A stretch of 41,381 nucleotides of DNA from Atractiella rhizophila (taxonomy: Eukaryota), in the NCBI GenBank assembly GCA_021432655.1, contig MU271589.1, forward strand, positions 1-41,381. The letters run 5' to 3'. The notes under the pieces were generated by a model. That model did not search any database, was not told where the DNA came from, and saw nothing but the letters and a program-made list of their open reading frames with translations. Below are positions 33,422 through 41,381 of the stretch, piece after piece; within the stretch, counting starts at the first letter, position 1, and each line of letters begins with the position of its first letter. The position numbers were made by a program, and so were the translations under genes.

Positions 33422-34240
33422 CTACAGTCCCCCACCACCAATCCTTGCTGCCAATCTTCCCAGACTTCGCTTCGCCAATGCGTACTGCCGCGACCATAAT
33501 ACCGCGAGGGCTAGGAAGAAGAATGTGAGGTTCGTGCCCTGTACCATATTTGGGAGCAGAGATGAGTTCCTTTCTGCATTAGCGGGAATAAAATGTAGGA
33601 TAGTGAGGAAGAAGGAGGAAAACGAGAGACGCACGACAAACTCCCAATAATCCCTACGCTCCTTGGATATTGCCCGTAAACAGGGCTCCCAAACTTCCCA
33701 CGTCTCTTCACTTCCTCCGCCTCTCTCTTCTACCTCTCCTCCACGGTCCAATAAGAAAGTTTGGTCGGTTTCTCCCTCGTGCGCTTCCCGCCCACTTCCT
33801 TCTCCAGAATGCTTCCGTTCCGCCTCCTCCCACTCTTTCCAACTCGGAAGGTGCTCTTTTGAGCCTGAAGAAGAAGAATGAGGAGGAGAGGCGTCGACGT
33901 AGGTGCAACCTAGCAACCGGTGCGCGTGCGTTGCTGGACAGCTGGTTGGAGGGTTCGGGAAGGAGGAAAAGGTGGGGAGGAGGGGTGTGGTGCATTCTAG
34001 ACAGGCGGAGAGGGGTCGACACATGTATGGTCTATTCGGATGCGGATGTGGAAGTTGGGCTGCCACGACGGCACTTTCGCGATACCGTTCATCGCTTGAA
34101 TGTAACGGGGAGGAGAGACACACCTTTGTAGCGAGAGAGAGACGAGGAACGATACCTTGCCCTTGCCCTTGCCCTTCCCTTTCCTGCTATGTTTGCTTTG
34201 GTGGCACATGCTAGCAGCCAAATTTGAACCAGCCTCTAAC
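33422..34240 (-). CDS. Small Cys-containing single-pass membrane protein, JTB-like; start uncertain
   Basis: YMCRPLSACLECT...CPATHAHRLLGC...WEPC...ERRDYWEFV|GTNLTFFFLALAVLWSRQ (intron GTGCGT...ACAG) gives a Cys ectodomain, TM helix and basic tail. Confidence 0.5.
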
Positions 34241-34504
34241 CTCTTCTTCCTTCTTCTCAAAGTCGTGACAGCGAGTTCTTGAGGGCACTAATAAAGACCG
34301 TACTCTCCCAACTTGCAACTCTACTGCCGGTGCCGCACGTTCTCTTCTTCTTTTCGTCGTTATTAATTAGCTGGTGGTCAGCGGTCGGATTCCTTTGAAG
34401 CTGCACAGAAACACAGACGCGTCACCACTCAGCAACTCTCGAAAGATTATCCTTCAGCGCTTCAGCAGCAAACGTCAGGCCTGCTATATTCAGCAAACAC
34501 TACC

Positions 34505-36301
<1,797 letters not shown>

Positions 36302-36631
36302 ACTCTGCACTTGAGCCAGTTAATTTCATGGTACTGTGTTCTTGTTCACAAGCAAGGTAAATGCACTGGAAAGACTGCTGAAGGCGTTGATGTGAATTTC
36401 CGAATATCATATATCACTATCATCATGAAACAGAACCTTCGAATGATTGAAGAACGCAAGATCAAGGAGGTTCCCTATTTAATCATTTATGGATGTTGCA
36501 AAACTACAGCTGTACTGATTGATTGAGGAAGCAATATCAGACAAAGAAAATGAAGAAGAAAGTCGTCAAGTTTTCAAGAACGAAACGAAGATATTTAGAT
36601 TGCCTGAACATCCGGATCAATATGCTGGCCT

Positions 36632-38358
36632 TCACACGCTGACCTCTTTTGGAGGTTCCGGGCTCGTAGCCCTACTACCGACTCTTGACCCTTGCCTGCT
36701 CCCCTCTCGACTACCGCTCAAAGGCGTGCTTCCATGGCTAAAGCTCCCACTGTCCCTGTTCGGGTTCCGCCCAGCTCCACTGCCTCCAAAGCCCCGTATC
36801 AGGCCGCTCCCACCCCTCCATCCACTTGCTGGGCCACCTTGAGCGTCCGCAGTCCCTCTTCTCGGGTTATTCAGCTTATCACCTAATTGGTTAGCGAATC
36901 CAGCGAAGCCGAGGGGACCTTGACTTTGTCGATGCGCAGGAACGGCAGGCGGACCCATGTTTCCGACCTCCATTGGGATGTTGGAGGCTCGACGAATAGA
37001 ACCAGAGGATGGAGGAGCGTAGTTGTTGATGGAGATGAATTTTGTGGATTGGCTCACTGAACCTGCCGGAGGTGCTCCACCATGCGATTGGAATTCGAAC
37101 TGGATGCCAGGTTCTTGCTCGATCTCTAGCAGCTTGATAAGACGCTTTCCGAGACTGTTAATCCCCTCAACGTCCGATTTTGAACGCGTCCAAAGCTGGA
37201 TACGATGGCCACGAGGTTTGAGCGACACCACTAGAGATTTCGTCAACAGTTGAAGATGGCCGATGAGGCGACAAACCAGCTCCGCAAACTTCATCCTTCT
37301 CATCCAGCACCTCTCCGATCAACGCCAGCACCAACCACATCCAACACCGATCCAGAAGCTCGTTATCCGGCTTTTTCACCGTGAGAACCCATTTGCCGCC
37401 CTACCCATCGCCAATCAGACTCAACCCTCACCGTTCTCAAATCGAATACGCACATCCTGATTTGCAGTGTCTTCCCACATGGGTTTGATGCCGTCTTTGA
37501 AGACGTGAACATTGCTGCCTACTTCGAGTTGACTTGGTCGTTTTGTCCAATTGAAATAGCGACAGAAGGTTTCGACGGTTTTGAATTCGCCAATTACTTG
37601 AAGAGTCGCCTCGTATGCTTGTCCACCGGGATGATGTGAAGCAGTATTTGGCGGGGATGGCAATTTGCCGGAAAGTTCGGGAGATTGCGACTCGTGAATT
37701 GACATTCGTGCAGCGGCAGCCGCCGTTGAGCGAGAGTCAAAATACATCGTCCTAGCTCTCTATCAGAATCTGATGGATAAAAGGTGTATGAGGAGACACA
37801 CCAGACGTGTTGAAGTGGGTGCTGCTTCTCGTCCTTCTTCTCCGACACAGCAGGGGAAGTAGCCCGACCCGCTTTAGGAGGCTCGTCATCATCGATCTCC
37901 CCCTCCTCCTTCTCCTCGACCTTCTCCGTTTCTTTCTCTGTATCTTTCACCTCCTTCACCTCCTTCACCTCCTTCGCCTCCTTCCCATCTTTCTCCGTTC
38001 CATTGACCACCGCAAAATCCTTAACTTGAGGTCTCTCCGCACTTTTCTCCCTCTCCCTCGACGCATCTTTACTGCTCTTCTCCTGCACCTTCCTCCTAAT
38101 CTGATCCAGGCTAGGCAGTCCCTTTCTGCCCTTCCTCTCCTCCGTGCTCTCTCCCCCATTCACAGCAGGTGTGGCCTCATCTTCCGGTGTCCCAGTCCCC
38201 GTGGTACCGATCGACGACGATGAGCCTCTCGGGAGTAGCTTTAACCGTGAAGTCGTACCAGAGCCAGGGTCGGAGGACGGAGTGGAGGTGAGGGAGGTCG
38301 AGCGCGCAAGGTCCGCGGTCTCTTGTTTTAGTTTCTCCCATCGTTCGGGATTCGACAT
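36632..38358 (-). CDS. eIF4E-family cap-binding protein with long N- and C-terminal extensions
   Basis: HPLQHVW, FKTVETFCRYFNW, FKDGIKPMWED, GGKW, LVLALIGE, CGAVVSLKPRGHRIQLW assembled over three GT-AG introns. Confidence 0.9.
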
Positions 38359-39003
38359 CCTAGCGTGAGAAAGCAAAAGTTAATACACTCCCGTTCATCA
38401 GCGACAGCAAGGCAATCTCCCAGAACGGTGCAGGAACCGAGCAGCACAGCTCATAGCTACTTCACCTAAATGAGATCGCGCTCTAAGGCAAATATAACTG
38501 GCGCTGGCGGAAGTGTCAAAGTGTGCAGGCAATAAGCTAGTGAACATATATATCGCAGAAATATCAGATAGGCATCTGCCACTTTCACTTTGTATCCACC
38601 AAAGGTAATGAACGTCCGCGAAATAAGGCGTAGTAACAGCTACGTCCGTGACTTTGACTCTCGCTTGCATATCAAGTTGGTAACAGCAGCTGACCAATGA
38701 AATTCAATTCAGACACATCAGAAGAAGGCATATCCTGCGCTTAGCTTCTACCACCTGACTGATGAAGACCGTTGAATGGCCAGGTTCTTAGAATTTGCAT
38801 GCACAATCATAAAACGTGGTGAGGGGAAGCCACCACTGGGTCAGACTGAACCGCTGTCATGAGGTGTCAGTGTTTTTTTGATTGAAGGTTTGCGTACTTG
38901 TCAACTTCCTTCCTTCGTTTGCACAGACAAAACGGTTGGCAAGGGCTGCCAAGTAGAAATCGAGCATGCCGATTCAAAGCTCTTGCAAAGGCACGGTTAG
39001 ATT

Positions 39004-39333
39004 TTAAGAAGAGCGCGAGTGCCAACAAAGGCCCACAGCCTCGTTACGCTGGCGTGCACTCAAACCACTCCTTTTCAACCACAAACTCGTCCAATGCTCA
39101 GTAAAGAACAACAAGACGCACCTCATGGCCATTGTCAGCTCGCTCAAACTCGGCGGCCTAACCGCCTGCCTTTTCACCTTCTCAAGTCCACCCTTTTCTG
39201 GCTTGAGCGAATCTCCCGATACCGAACTGCCTGGTGCAGGTGCCACGGACGCGATGGCCGCGCTGTTGGGCCCAGCGGTGGAGGGCGACTCGACTGTGAG
39301 GGCTGGAGGCGAAGGCGGGATATCTGCAGACAT
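39004..39333 (-). CDS. Small hypothetical protein
   Basis: ATG-initiated Pro/Ser/Ala-rich ORF with a GTGCGT donor after LTMAM; 3' end uncertain. Confidence 0.35.
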   Translation of the reverse strand: MSADIPPSPPALTVESPSTAGPNSAAIASVAPAPGSSVSGDSLKPEKGGLEKVKRQAVRPPSLSELTMAMRCVLLFFTEHWTSLWLKRSGLSARQRNEAVGLCWHSRSS

Positions 39334-39508
39334 CTTTAGCGAAGGTCGTCGTTGACGTGCCTAATTGCGTCCTTTCTTTTAGGTTCGGACACTTCCTTCT
39401 TCGGCAATAATTAATTTTTTCCATTGTCTGCCCGCAGCTCATTCATTTCGCCCAAACACGTCCAAAGTAACATCAACTCCAAACAAGTCCGAGAGTCTGG
39501 ATTTCAGT

Positions 39509-40069
39509 ATGAGGAACAATTCTGGCCAGCAATTGCCCGTACTTTACGATGAGACCTTTCGAGGAGTCTCCTTCCCTCGATTGGAGATTTTGAGCTTGGC
39601 AAATAGAGTCTGTCTTCATGGAAAGCTTCTCGACCACTCTGCCGAAACGGATGGTAGTTTCGGTATGTGCATTGCAAACGGTCAAGGAAACTTCATGAGC
39701 CTGGTACGTGTTCGACTTACTGGAATCGGATCCTATCCCTCATCACAATCTCATGATCAGTCGCTCTACGAATCGATCCCTCGAAAAAAAAGACCTGTAA
39801 TAGACTTTGAGGACGTTGCGGCTGTTCAGACCCTGTTCGGCCAACAGCAGACCCCACGAGGAAGCGCCATCGTTCCCATCGTTCTCAACGACGAGACTGG
39901 GAGGAGCTTTATACTCAAGCTTAAATTCTACATCATGCCTAGTCTCACCATACCCGTTTTTCTCAGCCTGGGATCGCCATTCTTGGGGGGCTTTGAACTG
40001 GGTGGTGGGACGGAAACCTATACGTTCATTCTCAATGGCGAAGAGGTTAACGTTAGCAGAACGACGTGA
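39509..40069 (+). CDS. 186-aa hypothetical protein
   Basis: Intronless ORF with globular, beta-rich composition; no family recognised with confidence. Confidence 0.55.
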   Translation: MRNNSGQQLPVLYDETFRGVSFPRLEILSLANRVCLHGKLLDHSAETDGSFGMCIANGQGNFMSLVRVRLTGIGSYPSSQSHDQSLYESIPRKKRPVIDFEDVAAVQTLFGQQQTPRGSAIVPIVLNDETGRSFILKLKFYIMPSLTIPVFLSLGSPFLGGFELGGGTETYTFILNGEEVNVSRTT

Positions 40070-40663
40070 AATGTGAAGCAGTGTGTCATCCCTTGTCTAT
40101 CCATGTTGCCTAATCCGTGTTGATTGTCGCTGTATAGATCAGCAGCTTGTCGACGACCCCAGTCTTTGATCTGAGAAAGTGAAATTTGGCTGCACAAATA
40201 AAGGAACGTGGGCAAACAAGTTTCCTGGGTTGTAGATATTCTCGGTCGCAAAGAAGTAACGAAGCAATGAATGAAGTCGCTGTTGGAGAGCAACGCTTCC
40301 TGTCAAACTTGTAACATTTGTACATCAGAATAGGAAAGAAAGCGAACCTGAAGGGCTGAACCTTGAATGGAAGCCAAGTTCTCAAGCTTCGCAGAATGCA
40401 TCAAGCAAAGTCATGGCGAAGGCTCCATAATTTGAGCTCTAAATCAACCTCCAGGGAGCCCTCCTATAACCCGGATAGCACAGCTAGATTCCGCTAGGCT
40501 TGACCCAGCGCTCTAATCATGAAAACCAGGCCACAAAGAGACGCCCATATCAATTCACACCACCTTCACCTCTCCGTCTTTCTAGTCAGTTACCAGGTCA
40601 ACGATTGGGAACAGAGACATCGTTGCAGACAGATCCCTAACCAACAACTTGGTCTTATGACAG

Positions 40664-41381
40664 CTAGCTACGGGAAGAGGGGAAGACGACCTCGACGCTC
40701 TCAGCGGCCGTTCCGCTCTGTAGTAGACCGGTGTAGGGCATCACGTCGTATCCGAGTTTGAAGACCGCTGTCGTGTTCCTGTTGTCGAGAGTCACGTCAG
40801 GTTAGTTGTCATACAAAGAGGAAAGGATAAAGGAAGAAAATAGAAATCAAGGAAAGAGAGGTACCTCTCAAACCGATCGCTGGGATCCTTCAACCCATAT
40901 TTATTCTTCCCACCCGAGATCCTAATCCTTCCATCCCTCTTCCTCCTCACGATCCGATCCCAAATCACCACCCTATCCTTCTTACCCTTTCCATTCCCGT
41001 TCGACGTGGTGGCAGAAGAAGAAGTGGATGGGGAGGAATAGTCGGCGTAGAGGTAGACGAATACTTGCTTGGTGTTCCAATCCCATAGCGGTGTTAGGTC
41101 TGCTGAGAGGTCGTAAGTGATGGAGGCATAGGTCGATTTTCGGGAGTAGGCATGCGGAGAGGTTCGGGGTCCTCTTCCTTGTTGTCTGTCACATCCCAAC
41201 ATTCAATAGAAAAATAATGTTAGTGTGATCGTCGTCGTGAAAAGTGCTAAACAGGAAGAGATGATGGGTAGAGGAGGACGAACACGGAGACGGAGGTGAC
41301 GCTGAGGTTGCCTGGAGTGAAGTTATGAGGGATGAGAAAGGAAGAGATGGCGATGAGCGATATAAGCGTTATGATGCAGGA
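40664..41381 (-). CDS. SPC3: Signal peptidase complex subunit Spc3/SPC22 (5' end off window)
   Basis: TM segment IITLISLIAISSFL; YDLSADLTPLWDWNTKQVFVYLYADY, VVIWDRIV, KNKY, YDVMPYTG. Confidence 0.93.

Noticed and set aside
38758..38850. Hammerhead or C/D snoRNA starting at ctgatga
   Set aside because: No GAAA after the candidate stem II; box C lacks the leading purine; no guide target or terminal stem recognised

Overview
Intron-rich fungal (basidiomycete-like) genomic DNA with two assembly gaps (2669-3524; 25 N at 21114-21138). The left half is rearranged and rich in mobile DNA. It holds the 5' end of CWC25 and two ~4%-diverged tandem copies of a SAP-domain, NuSAP-like gene separated by the 3' end of a Ty3/Gypsy element (LTR 3909-4280, PPT, integrase C-terminus); the second copy is fused in frame to that integrase tail. 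A secreted helical-repeat protein follows. Next is a ~7.5 kb tyrosine-recombinase (Ngaro/DIRS-class) retrotransposon (~9113-16664) with gag, RT-RNase H and YR genes, each carrying a predicted spliceosomal intron, plus a minisatellite inside the gag intron, split direct repeats (A1...B1..A2.B2), a fold-back left end and a hairpin-rich 3' region. The right half is mostly ordinary genes: EcKinase-like phosphotransferase, V-ATPase c (5' part missing, ~2 kb unexplained DNA upstream), ornithine aminotransferase, RING/TRAF protein, isochorismatase, COX10, a Ser/Pro-rich protein, a JTB-like membrane protein, RPT6 (with a candidate intronic C/D snoRNA), an atypical eIF4E and SPC3. Indels in COX10 and OAT suggest sequencing errors, so the frameshifts in the transposon RT may not be real. 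All family calls come from motif recognition by eye, with no database searches.
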